64,000 nucleotides of DNA from Bispira polyomma (GCA_965649765.1 OZ287752.1:25792001-25856000), one strand, 5' to 3'; shown: positions 46,113 through 59,045, numbered from the stretch's first letter. Notes: generated by a model from the sequence alone, not told the origin. Program-made: numbers and translations.

Positions 46113-46468
46113 ATTCAAATTACCTCAAAATTTACAATCATACCCCTACTTTTGGGTTTGGGGCTTCTCCTCCATATCTTTATTTTAGTGTAACTGTAGA
46201 GTGTAAGATTATTGTTATGTAGTTGAAGTATAAAGATATGCCCAAAATTGTTAATAAATATTAATAGATAAACTTACTCTCTTTATCATGTGTAAGTCAC
46301 TAATGGCTTTTAGTGCAACTCTCCTGTGTTACCCAGTTATTACTGAAACTTAAAATACATCACTTTTAGGTGATCTTAAACTCGACAGGATGTCGACAAG
46401 GTAATCTTTTGTTCTTTATTGGACTGCTAATGACAAGTAATGATATTGTTGTATTTATGGTTTTATAG

Positions 46469-46596
46469 GTATTGATAATCTACTTGAATTGACTGCAACT
46501 TATACAACATCCTTTCAATGTACAGATAACACTTCTGCACTCATCGGTGGAGCTAATCTTATATTGGAATTTGACTATGGATATGAACATCACCAA
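46469..46596 (+). CDS. Putative exon 2 of the Ig-domain gene (phase 1 to phase 0, GC donor)
   Basis: ttttatag acceptor, open frame GIDNLLELTATYTTSFQC...LILEFDYGYEHHQ, ending caa|gcaagt. Phases match both neighbouring exons. Confidence 0.45.
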
Positions 46597-47020
46597 GCAA
46601 GTGTTTTTCTTTTCACATAGTGCTGGGAATGAGATTGCTTAGAATATCATCAACTTCTAGTTGAAAAATGCGATTTATTACACCTGGTTTTAATTACAGA
46701 GAGCCTGCATGATAAAATTATATTTATGGAGTTTACTTTACTCAGTCAACTGATCTTAGATCGTTAATAATCAGTTTTGACGTTGTACATGAATAGATAT
46801 TGTGAGATATCTATGCTCTTGGGTTTACATTGGGTCAAAAATATCTTAATGTGATTGTGTATACTGTGTTGCAGATGTTGCCCAAATAACAAAAAAAAAA
46901 ATGACTGTGCCAAATTTCTTCAATCTGATTTGTAGCAAGTCTGATATCCCCTTAATTGTTCTGTAAATGTTATTTATGTGTTAATGACTAAAAATTTCCT
47001 GCTTTAAGAAAATTTTAACC

Positions 47021-47350
47021 TTAACCCCTTAATGGCCTAGTCCATCAACCAGCAGTTGATGACTGATTCTTTTCGCCAATGCCATATCCATTGGCCAGCA
47101 GTCAACGCTATATAATATTATTATATACCTCCCTCAGTATAAATAATGCTTTTAACATAAAGGTGAAGCTTGTTTATGTTAAATTCTAACTTAATTTAAA
47201 ATAATTAATTGACTGATAATTAGTTGAAAAGCTGCCATATCCATTGGCCAGCAGTTGACGGTATATAATATTACTATATAGCTCCCTCAGTATAATTCTT
47301 TTTAACATAAAGGTGCAGCTTGACTATTTCAAATTCAAACCTAATTCTGA
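47021..47350. repeat. ~153-bp tandem duplication preceded by a piggyBac-like TTAA-CCC end
   Basis: gccatatccattggccagcagt...ctccctcagtataa...aacataaaggtg occurs at ~47081 and ~47234; ttaacccctt lies at 47021. Confidence 0.6.
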
Positions 47351-47445
47351 AAAATATTTGTGACTGTGAGATGTGCATATTTACTGATGATTAATTCAAA
47401 AGCTTGGCTTTTTAAAGTTTGGTTGTTCTTATCTTGTATATTCAG

Positions 47446-47701
47446 CTGCGAAGTTTTCACCTCCGCGAAATAGACCAAAGACGCCACATGTTTGACTTTG
47501 AAAACCTTACTGGTACTGGCACGCCCTATATTAAAGATACAGAGTTTAAAAGGTTAAAGTCATTCAAATGGACACATACGGGAATAAAGTTTGTTATAGA
47601 AGATATCAGCAAAAATATAGACCTGGGCAGATACCAGGGTGTAATCGAAGGTCCAGATGGTGAATACAATGCTAAAACAATTGAAATCACGGAAATCTTA
47701 G
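47446..47701 (+). CDS. Putative exon 3 of the Ig-domain gene (C-terminal part of an Ig-like domain)
   Basis: ttcag acceptor (phase 0) and g|gttagt donor (phase 1). IKFVIEDISKNIDLGRYQG matches the Ig E/F-strand DxGxY motif without Cys. Confidence 0.6.
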
Positions 47702-48101
47702 GTTAGTACTCTCTGTAATTCAGCACAAGTAATTTATTTCTCCTTAGTTTAGTTCATGCTTTACACAGTCATTAATTAAGCATGGCATTACACCTACGAT
47801 AGTTCCTGATGTAATATAGGTGAAGTCAAACACATTAGAACAAACAGTTGAACCTTTATAAGTGAAACCTCAAAGAATCAGGAGAAATAACTTCCACTTT
47901 ATTGTGTGGATTTTAAAAGAAAATGCACTTGTGTGGGAATAATTACTTCAAAATTATTCCATCCTTGACATCACTGATAAGAATGTAATCTTTTTTAATT
48001 TTGTCCTTCTTTCTTGAAAGTGAATATGGGGAATCAATATGTATTTAAATATATTAATTATTATTGAAACAGTATTGTTATGTTTACACCTGCTTTTGTA
48101 G

Positions 48102-48450
48102 ATCCCCCGGCTGAGGTGAAACTTACCAAACAGAGCGATACGCGTAATAGGCCTGTTTATTTAGATAAAGGTTTTGGTGAATACATATTCCAAGCTTCGG
48201 CAGAATCCTACTCTGCCATACAGTGTAACAGTGTTATAATAACTTGGACCTGCATTGGTGATTTGTCCAGTAGCTATAACCGGATGTCCTGTTCAGCAGG
48301 TATGGAAAGGTCAAACTCTTGTTTACTTACAATGGCACTTACAATACCGACCATATCATCATAATGTCCAACTTGTTTTTTTAATTACTAAATGTGGAAC
48401 CGCATTGACAGAAACAGATTTAACTTATGTTTTTCAAGAGTCTGTCAGCG
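48102..48450 (+). pseudogene. Putative exon 4 of the Ig-domain gene with a frameshift near 48260-48290
   Basis: ttttgtag acceptor (phase 1), DPPAEVKL...IITWTC. The 3' half is conserved with the 58.5-kb paralog in the second frame (QTLVYLQWHLQYRPYHHNV). Confidence 0.5.
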
Positions 48451-48649
48451 GGAAGGGATTTAAAATGTCATGGTATCACCTCAGGCGTGATATTGGCTCT
48501 TAGATGCAGTGCTATGACATTAAGTTAACACTTTTGCTTCATAATTCATGTAGACTGTATTTAGTTATGCAGTTACTTACTTATTTTATCATTATCATTA
48601 AATTTGAGGCATCTATTTGATGGCCTTGCATTCACATCTTCACATTCTG

Positions 48650-50583
48650 TAGGGCCTTTTACTCCTGAATTGAAGAATGTGTATGAACTGGAGTAAACGA
48701 GTCACATTTGGGCATAAACTGGGAAGATCAGTTAGAATGGGAGGCAGAGCTGGAAATTTTGAACATGTTCAAAACTTAGGTAATGAACTCTGTAAACATA
48801 TCTTGAGAGGACTGTAGAAAAAGGGTGTGGTCATGGACTAAACAGGGCTTAAACTGCTTATGGGGCCTTCGCACTGTTACTTTTGTGCCCACGTTGTCCA
48901 GCCATTATGTAACGGAGGTCTATCTGTCTGTGTGACGTGTCGTGAGGGATCACTCTATATCGCTTCAGTAAGTGACTGGAAGGGTGATCACTGATCCGGA
49001 AAGCGAGGTTTATTCTCCAAAAAGCTCACAATGGATCTGCTCGTCTCCTCGTAGTTACATAGTGTTGGTCTCGGTTTGCTTTTGGGGCTATGGAGCCTAT
49101 CCGGAACATATCTGGAACAAACTGGGGCCCATATATTACCCCAAAAATATTTCCGAATACAACTTTGCGTGTCTTTTTGTAACTTTTTTCCCCATTTATT
49201 TTGTCACATACATTTCATGTGACACTTCGATCACAATAGGAAGCCATGCTATTGGTACTTTGTTACTGTTGGAAGGCATCCATTGCTTATCCTTTTCCGT
49301 CACAAGCAATCCGTTTGTAATTCATTGGTACCCCGAGTAATCCGGTGACAATACATTCCCATCCGAAGTCATACTTTTCCACCCTGTGACTTCCAAAGCC
49401 ATTCCGGTGACGGATGTGGCATCCTCAGCAACTTTCATCCCCCTTGTCCTCCGAGGCCCCACCAATAACGGGACAGGAGACACAGCAGGAGACACAGCGT
49501 GATGATCTTGCGAGGGAAAGAGGAAACCGTGATGCCCCACTCTTCTTGGAGAATAAGGTGGAGGAGGCTTTACTGGAGTGGGTGGAGGCGAACCCCATAC
49601 TTTACAACAGGGGCTGCTCCCACTACAAAGACTTTTAAAAAAGGGAAAGGATGTGGCAGGAGAAGGCTGAAGAGATCTGGCAGGGGTTAGGTTGAAGGTG
49701 TGGTACCAGGGGGTGCATGACTATTACGTAAAAATATCTGCACCAGAGAAGACTGGCAAATCAGGCGCTGGAGCAGGCAACATAACAGACAGGGCCAAAT
49801 GGATAAAATCCAATATGACCTTCTTGGAGAAACACGTCTACAGGGTGCACAGCAAACCAACCATGAGCCAGCCTCCTTCCAAAAGAATAGACAGCCGGGC
49901 AAGCAGTCGAGACGACCAGCCAGAGGACCAGGGTGTGTTAATACCAGAAAATGTTATTGATGTGGACAGTGATGTGAAGAGCTCTACCCCAGTGAACACT
50001 GGAAGGAGGTTGGCAAAGAAGACCACACCCATCCCTACCATCACCGATGAACTAATGGTGCTCCTGAGGCAAAAGGGCCAAGACCAGCCAGACAATGGAG
50101 ACCCAGTTGCAGGAGTTCATGCACAAGCCCACTGAAGAGTCGGCCCAAGATGCCTGGGCGGGTTTAATATTGGCCCAAATCAAGACAAACCACCCGAAGT
50201 TCATGACATGTTCAAGACGGACAGCTTCTTAATGATGCAGAATGACACCATGAAGTCTGACGACCACAGAGAGCAGGAGCAGCAGAAGAAGGCGAGGGAA
50301 GGTAGTGCTCCCAGACAAGAAAGACCCCAGATGGAGAATTCCACGCCACCCCAATACCTCAGACCACTACCTTACACCCCAAGTCCAGTACCAAGCACCA
50401 GCTAAAGCAGCGGGGATCCAGTTGCATCTGGAGCCATCCGAGTTGAAACCACCACCAAAAGGGATTCACCTCATCACCATCTTATCTGAGCTGGCAGGTT
50501 ACAACACCTCAGCAGACAACGTATTGACCACTTCCGGCCCAATATTCCGTGATGAGCTCAACACACTAACACACTCGTATTAA
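48650..50583 (+). pseudogene. Harbinger-type element end plus MADF (Myb/SANT-like) protein gene at ~49414-50583, with stops/frameshifts
   Basis: EEALLEWVEANPILYNRGCSHYKDF*KRERMWQEKA...LKVWYQGVHDYYVK...KSGAGA...WIKSNMTFL is a MADF domain. A possible terminus agggccttttactcc lies at ~48651. Confidence 0.75.
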
Positions 50584-50619
50584 CCAGAGCTTGTGATAAC
50601 TCACTTAAAGGTAACTCCC

Positions 50620-51900
50620 CTACAAGTAACATTGATTGATTTTCATTTAATTTTGACATATGTGCGTCTTTGAGACTGATCGATATAGCCTAGTTCATGA
50701 TCTTTATCAGAAAATAAATTTTTATAAAAATTTATGACCTCCTGTAAAATGTTTTTTGGTTAGTTATTGGTTTAATATAATTTTATGGTCTTTTCTAGAT
50801 AATTTTTATTCTCAATCGAGCAAAAATATCTTGTCGGTTTTTCACCCTCTCTTGTCCACTGAAAATTGGACCTTATCATATGACCTTTCATTTTAATTTC
50901 TCTTATCTCATTTAGTTGTTGCCTTTTCAGAGTTAGTGTTTCAAGAAGTTTGTCAGCAGGGTCCAGTTGAGATTCCAATTGATCAATCTCTTGTATTAGC
51001 TTTTGTTCTAGATCCTGACTTTTACGTTTGATATTTGAGTACTTTATAGTTTCCCCTCTTATTCTAAGAAACAAACATTCAAACAAGAGATTGTCATCTA
51101 CAGAAAATTGTATTTTGTGATCGTGGATGTCCGTCGAGCTATCCAAATTGTAAATTGGTAGAGAATATTTCGTATATTATAGTTTTTATATTTAGTTTTT
51201 TATCATCTATAGCATTGTTAATTAAATTCAAATATTGATGGTAAATATGATGGAACTTCATAATTTAATTGATCTGTACAGAAAATACAATCCAAATATT
51301 GATGGTCCTTTAATAAATTTGTGTTTATTTTCCAAATGTCTTTTTCTCTTTCAAACTTATCTAGAGTCAATGACAACTCAATGATAGAATGATCAGTTCT
51401 TTATCCAGGTAGTACTTTACAACTATGAGTAACATCAAAGTGTTTAAAACCAATAAATAGTCGAGTCTTGCTTGTTTCAGCGGGCTTTTTCGCCTCCAAG
51501 TATTTCGTTTCTTATTTGGATTGTATTTTCTGTACAGATCAATTAAATTATAAAGTTCCATCTTATTTAGCATGTATTGTCTTGATTTAGGATTTACTAT
51601 TTATATTACAATAATTCATTTAGTCCATACATGAGTTAAGAACTGAATTAAAGTCTCCACAGATAATTACATACTGTTGGTTGTTAGACTCTATATAATT
51701 ATTAACTGTCGTGCAAAACTCAGGTCTATCTCTATTTGGTGCATGTATGACTATAGGTCTTAATGACAGAGAGATTAATTGCATATCTATTACTAGTAAA
51801 TTTCCATTTGGGTCTTTGAAAACTTCGCTAATACTATACTCATAGTTATCACCTATTAAGACTGCGGTTTCTCTACTATTTGTACTTTTTCTGTGCTTTT
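50620..51900 (-). mobile_element. Tx1/L1-type LINE ORF2 fragment (AP endonuclease + linker)
   Basis: DPNGN, HAPN.D.P.F, ICGDFN, LIDLYR..NP..NTW, QARLDY; IRGETIKYS, IRSNFQWTREGEKPTRYF. Confidence 0.9.
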
Positions 51901-52028
51901 TTTTTAGTTTAATTATTCTAAATTGACTGAATGGATTTATTATCATTTTGTGTTCAATGAGTATCTTTAAGACATAGTACACTAGATTTCATTGAATTTA
52001 AATATTCTATTACATCTTATTGTTTTTA

Positions 52029-52850
52029 ACAAGTGAGCAGCCTAGGACAAGCTAGAGGCGCTCACTCATTGATGCTCACTCATTGATGCAATTGGCCAGA
52101 ATCTGTTCCGGAATATCATTTTCATAAAATCAGCCCGAAAATTCAACTTCATACTTACCAGGTAGCCTTCTTTAATTCTGGGGATAATGCAGTCGATTTG
52201 TTATTTTAATAAAAAAAACTATTATTACAGTTTTAAACATCTAGGCCTTACTGACATAACTTTTGATATAGTAAGGACTTACTTCATTTTCTAGCCCTGC
52301 TGAGATGCAAAAATTATATTAACGCTGTAGATATGCGAAAAATCAATAAAAATATATCTAACCATGACAGATAGTCTATTAGATCTGTAAGTTTATTTTA
52401 ATAAATTATACAGTTACAAACGATTTTAGTGAGAATTGTTTACATTCGGACATTTTGGAAGTGACTCCATCGTCCCTAGCGAGTTCTACGAAACAATAAA
52501 ATTCTAGAGTCCAAACAAAACAAAACAACCAAAAAATGGAAATCTCAGAGTGTTTCTGGAAGTCTGCTGTGTCTCTATATTCTAGTTACCTGCAACGAGA
52601 TCGTTCAAAATTATTACTGACTACATACAGCCAACAACAAGGGAACCACAATTTATTTTGTATACATTTTTAAAAGCCCCTGTTTTTTTTACAATAAAAA
52701 TGCATCATTTCCACTTGAATATCTCAGCCGGTTCTTAACCGATTTTGATGAAACAAAAAGCATAATAATCACAATAAATTAAGCTTTCTCAACATATTTT
52801 TATCAAATTTTTTACATTTATTAATTGCGAAGTTATTATTAATTGTGCTT

Positions 52851-52904
<54 letters not shown>

Positions 52905-55130
52905 GGGTCGATTCTAATAAAGAATCCACAAATATTGGTGTTTTTAGCACACAGTAATTACAATAAATAAACTTTCTCACCATATTGTTATCAAATTATA
53001 GAGTTATTAATATTATGGGGATGTTCTGGCCGTTTACACATCCGTTTTACGTATACGATTTCATGAAACCCGGATGTTGGGGATTACTACTAAAACATGC
53101 GATATTCGCGCAAAACATCTTATTTTATGCCCGAAAATTGATCAAGTGACTGTATCTTAATGAATACTTAACCTAAAATTTTTGTTTTAGTATCATCAGA
53201 AAGCTCTTACTTTGTGCTTTATAATAAGTTTCACCAATTTCAATTCTAATAAACTAGTGAAGAACATTTTGTTAGTTAAAGTTGGACTGAATTTCTAATT
53301 CGCTAAAAAGGACAATTTTTAGAGTGAGGGTTATTAATTATATCATCATTTTACAGTAAGTATAGGTGATGCATGTTTTCTGATTACATATTCAGGAAGC
53401 CAGAAACATATGCTTTCTGATAAATTTTACAAAACAAAATATATCTATGATAGCTAGTATAACAATATTAAGGGGGAATGCAATCGATTTAATGTTTCTT
53501 TCTCAGACACTATAAAACCTAAACACACCAGCCATATATGATAATAAAGACAACATTTTCCAGCTTAATTCGATGAGTTTTATATTTAAGTGGATATTCA
53601 TGATTGACTGAACTTATTTTGATAGTTTGATTTGATACGCAGTCACTAAATGTACTTGACAAATTTTACTAAATCTCAATATTGAAGGGAATGCAATCGA
53701 TTTAATGTTCCTTTCTCAAACACTATAAAACCTTGAAAAAAATATTTAAATGGATATTCAAGCTTGAGTGAAAATATTTTGATAGTTGGATTCGATACTT
53801 GCGCAAAAAAATGTTTTTAATTTAATGGCATTTTCCCTGCAAATTCCAATTGATGACATGGCTGTATTTAGAAGAATACTTAGCCTAAAATTTTCATTTT
53901 AATATTACCAGAAAGCTCTTAGTTTATCCTTTATGATAAGTTTCCTTCATTTAATAGCATTTTCCCTCAAAATTCCAATTGATGAAATGGCTGTATCTAG
54001 AACAATACAGCCTAACATTTTCGTTTAGTATTACCAAAAAGCTCTCACTTTGTCCTTTATATTAAGTTTCACCAATGTAATTCTTATGAAATAGTGATGA
54101 AGATTTTGTTAGTTAAAATTGGACTGTATTTCTAAATTGCTAAAAATGACAATTTTTAGAGTGAGGGTTATTAATTGGATTATCATTTTACAGTAAGTAT
54201 AGATGATGCATGCTTTCTGATTACACATATTCAGGAAGCCAGATACATATGCTTCCTCATAAATTTTACAAAACAAAAATATATCTACGATAGCTGAGAA
54301 AGTTTTATTTGAAAACAGTCACTAGATGTACTTGACAAAGTGTACTAATTATCAATATTGAGGGGAATACAACCGATTTAATGTTTCTTTCTCCGACACT
54401 ATAAAACCTAAACACACCAGCCATATATGATAATAAAGACAACATTTTCCAGCTTAATTCGATGAGTTTTATATTTAAATAGATATTCAAGATTGACTGA
54501 ACTTATTTTGATAGTTTGATTCAATATGCAGTCACCAGACATACTTGACAAATTTTACTAAATCTCAATATTGAAGGGAATGCCATTGTTTTAATGTTCC
54601 TTTCTCAAACACTATAAAACCTCAATACAAAGTCATATATGATATTAAAGACAATATATTCTAGTTACAATTGTTGGTTAATTTTAAATGAATTTAAGAT
54701 TGATGGAAATTATATTTCAATTCGATGCTTGGACTAGAAACTTGTCAAATAAAATTATTTTAAGCTTAAGCTGAGATGAACTTAAGCTATTTCAAGTTTA
54801 AGCTGAACTTAACTTACAGTAAATGTCTTATAATAGGGTTACCTACTGGATAATTACACCCATTTAAGGTAAGTATCATGATGATTTGAATTATAATTGA
54901 CGTTAACGGGCGATTATTGCACTCATGAATTTGGTGTCGTCCCAGATGGGGAGTGCATTCGATACTAGCACAATGAAACTTATTAAAAATGGCTTGCAAT
55001 TTGCTTAATAGGCATAAAATATTGTGAACCATCATACTTGTTTTGTTAGACTTGCAAGATCCGATTCCTAACTATTTTATTCAAATTACTTAACTAAGCG
55101 AAGCGAGTATTGGACCAATTCATCGGTCAC
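52029..55130. mobile_element. Probable non-autonomous Helentron/HINE-like element containing a composite satellite
   Basis: The left end aacaagtgagc...gcgctcac has a hairpin/subTIR arrangement after a T-run, and gcgaagcgag lies near 55100. There are internal tandem arrays. Classification is by resemblance only. Confidence 0.35.
53130..54730. repeat. Higher-order tandem repeat (~840-890-bp unit built from shorter subunits)
   Basis: 53176-53456 matches 54014-54296 and ~53465-53800 matches ~54355-54730. Subunits such as aatgcaatcgatttaatgtt..acactataaaacct and cagaaagctctta recur within units. Confidence 0.9.
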
Positions 55131-57217
55131 TGGATGCTTGTTCATATCTTGTAGGCCCTGACAGTTTACTGACAATGCTTTTAAACTATTTTAAATTGAC
55201 ATGTTTATAATTTATAGGGCAGATTGCTGACTATGCGATAAAAAAGGGTTTATCGTGCTTAAAGTTTACGATATTGAACCATTCAAATGATTTTAGTAAC
55301 TTTTGATTCTGAAAAATTTGTAAGTTTACATAAAACTTTGTGATACTGTTTTCACTAAACGCATAACATAACAAAATAAAATGCTTAAAAATCAAATAAA
55401 TATGGCTAGCAAGTAGACATGAAGCATACACTACAGAAGATGCATAATATACAGTACATATGTACAAAAATAAATCAGCATGTATACACATGCCAGTTGC
55501 CAACATTACATGAATTATGTCAATAGCATAATTATATGCTTAATAAATAGCACAAAGATAACCTGAAGAAGCGTACTAAAAAACTTCTATTTACCTAGGT
55601 AATATGCGCACTGTTGATATAACACAATTTGAAAATTATTTATGTTTTATATAAAATATTTAGTGGGTAATTACATATGTCAAAAGCTATAACTTATTTC
55701 AAATATACATACTTTTAGACAACTTCTACTAAAGTAAGGTGATACTTTTTAGTAAAACAGTGTTCCACCCAGAGGGGTTCAACTATAGACCAGTTTTTCA
55801 ATGATAGTTATACATCTAAACAAGGCTAACATGAAAAGGAGTACTCAAATCTATTTATCAAAATGTTTTAAATAACTATTGGTACCTATAAAACTATAAA
55901 TTTTAACAGTTCAAAAACTGTAATATGTTTGAAGAGTATGTATTTATAGACAATTTTGACTTAAGGTTTAACACTTGAAAACTGTTTTTACTATACATTT
56001 CAAGAAACAAACAAAACTGACAGGTGTTTGCAGAATATGTTTTTATAGATACTTTTTTAAAGACTAATACCGGATATATTATTCTTATACATCAAAAAAG
56101 AATTATTCAAGAGCATACATATATCTAAATGCTCATCATAGATAGAAGGCTTTCAGTTTTACTGCAATAGGTCTAAAAGGGCACCAATATAAAACAGATA
56201 GAGCTATATTAGAAGACACCATAAAAGAAGTTTACATTGTTTTCCCTTTTTTCCTTTTTCTTCTCCCTTCTCTAAAGTGTATATTATTAATTAGCACAGA
56301 AGGCCTGAACAGATTCTATAGATTTTAAGGCATTTATTTGTTCAAAATTTGTACATTCAAGACCATGACACAAGTATTGAAACAATTGCTGTCATAATGT
56401 GGACATTCTGTCTCTTTGCCTATACTTCTAGGGAAGGCTAAGGCAGAGTAAACAAAATTGTGTGTTTTCAAAATTGAAAAAAAAAAAAAATGTATCTGAA
56501 TGCTAAATAATATTATTTTAATTATATATATGTTTAAGAAGTAACACATCCATGACTAATGAAACACTCCAATCTTTTACTATTGCTTTTTTTCTAAGTG
56601 AATCAAATTAAATGTGAAATATACAACAGATGTTCTGAATGTTAAATAATTTTTATAACAGTCTATGTGTTCAAAAAGAAGCACATCAATAACTCAAAAA
56701 CACTCCAATCATTTACTGATTTTTGTCGAATAATTCAAATCAAATTTTGACAAATATATAACATACAATCATAAACAGTATAGATCTGCCTAATAAGTCA
56801 AATTAAATGTTAAAAAATAACATACAGCCATATATAGACAATACATAAAGAAAGGGGATTTGATAGACAAAATTGAAGATACCAAATCTTCGAAGGAGTT
56901 TAGTGATTTAAAAAAAAGAAAAGATTTTACTATCTGTACACAAACTGTTACTAATGTTTAACACAAATTTGACATGTCAACCTGGTAACAGTTAAATAAA
57001 CAATACGTATAAAATTAATTATAACAGTAATTTCATGCCTATGCTTAACTTGAAAACACTAAAATACAATAATAAATTCATTACACATACATCTTTGATG
57101 AAGATATAATATTTAGTGTTTTTTTCTTTAGAAAATGTCAGTGTCTGAGGTAATAGAATTTTACTCTACTTACTATAATTTGTTTTTAAGATTATTCCTT
57201 ATCATTCAATATGTCTT

Positions 57218-58247
57218 TTAGGCCAATAACTGCCTAACACTCTGAAAAACTTTGCCAAAGATATTTTTACCTTTCCATTTTTCTGAGTTGAAAGTGAGGG
57301 TATTTTGAAGAAAAGTTCCAGTTCCGTACACTGTGTCAGTGGGACTTGCGGCTGCCAGTAGGGTTCTCCCTCTTCTTAGTAAGGCTTCTTGCAAACAGAA
57401 ATTCTGTGAAAACCTTGCACAAGTCCCATTGAACAGTTCTCCTTCAATTACCTTATTCAAGCGCTCTGGATCAAACCACGAATACTACATCTTTGCTTCT
57501 TGTTTTCAACTTGAACAAGCTCCTTGAGGATGTTGCTTGCTGTATCCACGTCCTTGAATACGATTGCTTTCTTGTCCATTAGGTGTTGTTCCCCGCTTGA
57601 GAAATTGACATCATCAACACTGAAGGAACACTTGGTCTTGTGATTACTAAACACAGAATATTTAGTGTAGAAGGCTGTAACTCCATCTTTTTCTTTCACA
57701 AATACATTTTTGAGTCTAAGTTTTTCATTTGGAAGTTGATCCAATGTGTCCACATTGTAGAATTTACCATCAAGTAAGAATTTGTCTATCAGCAACTTCA
57801 TTTTTAAGTTTGGGTACATATCTAGTGCTTTGAAGAAAGTTAAAAGAATGAGTCTACCTTGCTCAGTTACTGCTTGTGGAAAGTCTTTAGTAATGTATAC
57901 ATTACTTTGCATAAAATTCTTTTTCTGTGAGTAGACTCTTACTTTATCCTTCAGATGATGAAACCTCATAATCACAGGTCTAGTTGAATTCTTACTCTAT
58001 GAACATTTACTAAATCCCTGGCTTGGAGATAAATATTGTATTTTAGTAACAGTTGCAAAACTTTTTCCTCTGGCTCTTCATTTCTTTCCTCGGGTATTCT
58101 CCACAGCTTCAGGTTGTTCTTTCTTATATACAACTCCAATTTGTCAGCATTTTCTTGTAACTGTTTTTTCTCTTTCTGTAGGGTTGTTATCTCCACCTTA
58201 CAGTCTTGTAGTTGTTTCTTCAAATCTTTCTTCAAAAATGCACCCAC
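57218..58247 (-). pseudogene. LINE ORF1-like protein (coiled coil + RRM + CTD, L1/Tnp22-like) fused to a C-terminal NADAR (YbiA-like) domain; frameshifted
   Basis: Coiled coil; RKNNLKLWRIPE; NVHRV; RPVIMRF; VYITKDFP; DKFLLDGKFY. Then AFYTKYSVFSN..FSVDDVNFSSGEQHLMDKKAIVFKD..ASNIL..RFSQN..L..ALL..G..LAAASPTDTVYGTG..WKGKNIFGK..VRQLL (NADAR motif series). Confidence 0.85.
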
Positions 58248-58539
58248 TTAAGCTTATAGTCCGAGTCCACTAAGGCTAAGAGAACCACGGAGTAAAAGCA
58301 TTTTCTTCCATTCTCTCCTGATCAGCCAAGGTTTAATGTTTTGGAGTAAACTGGTATAAACGTGGTGAGAACTTGGACAGTGTGAATGCCATGTTACTCT
58401 ATGTTTTTCTCTGACCATTAGTACTACAAAAAGCATAACATTAGTGACCATGAAAAAGCAATGGTGTCTTAATATCATGGCCAAGCATTTTATTCCCTAA
58501 TGACCACTGTGATATTTTACTGTGAGTTAGGCCCTCCAA

Positions 58540-58830
58540 TCACCAGATACTTTTTTACTTACACTGGCATTCACAATACCGACCAGTTCATCATAATGTC
58601 TGACTAGTTATGTCATTACTACATGTCAAAATGCATTGACAAAAACATATTTAATTAATGGTTTTCAATCAGGGGCTTTCTGTCGGGAAGTGGAATATCA
58701 TGATATCACCTCCGGCTTGATACTGGTTCTTAATTGCAGTGTTATGACAATAAGTTAACAATTCGGCTTAATAATTCATGTATACTTTATTTAGTTATGC
58801 AGTTTCCTACTTATTTTAGTTATCATTTCA
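58540..58830 (+). pseudogene. Paralogous copy of the 3' half of Ig-gene exon 4 and flanking intron (48310-48600)
   Basis: QILFYLHWHSQYRPVHHNV* vs QTLVYLQWHLQYRPYHHNVQ. The downstream tatcacctc..gata..gg.tctta..tgcagtg..atgac..taagttaac..aattcatg..tatttagttatgcagtt is shared. Confidence 0.85.
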
Positions 58831-59045
58831 GTCTACAAGCCAAAATCTAAAGAGCAGAAGCTCTGTTCTGCTAATGCCTAATCAGGTTCTGTCATGAAGT
58901 TTAGATCATAAAATAATGACAACAAGATGAATAACACATTGGTGCATTTTTATTAATACATCATTACATATTAATAACAATCACTAAGATGGTTAAAACT
59001 ACCAGGTTAGTCTGTTAGCTATATACAACAAGTTCCCAAACCCAA

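Larger units (their letters stand above)
41130..46440 (+). mobile_element. Tyrosine-recombinase retrotransposon 2 (Ngaro-like), decayed; lies in an intron of the Ig gene; boundaries approximate
   Basis: gag 41709-42850, fragmented pol 42859-45320 and YR 45334-46112. Confidence 0.88.
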
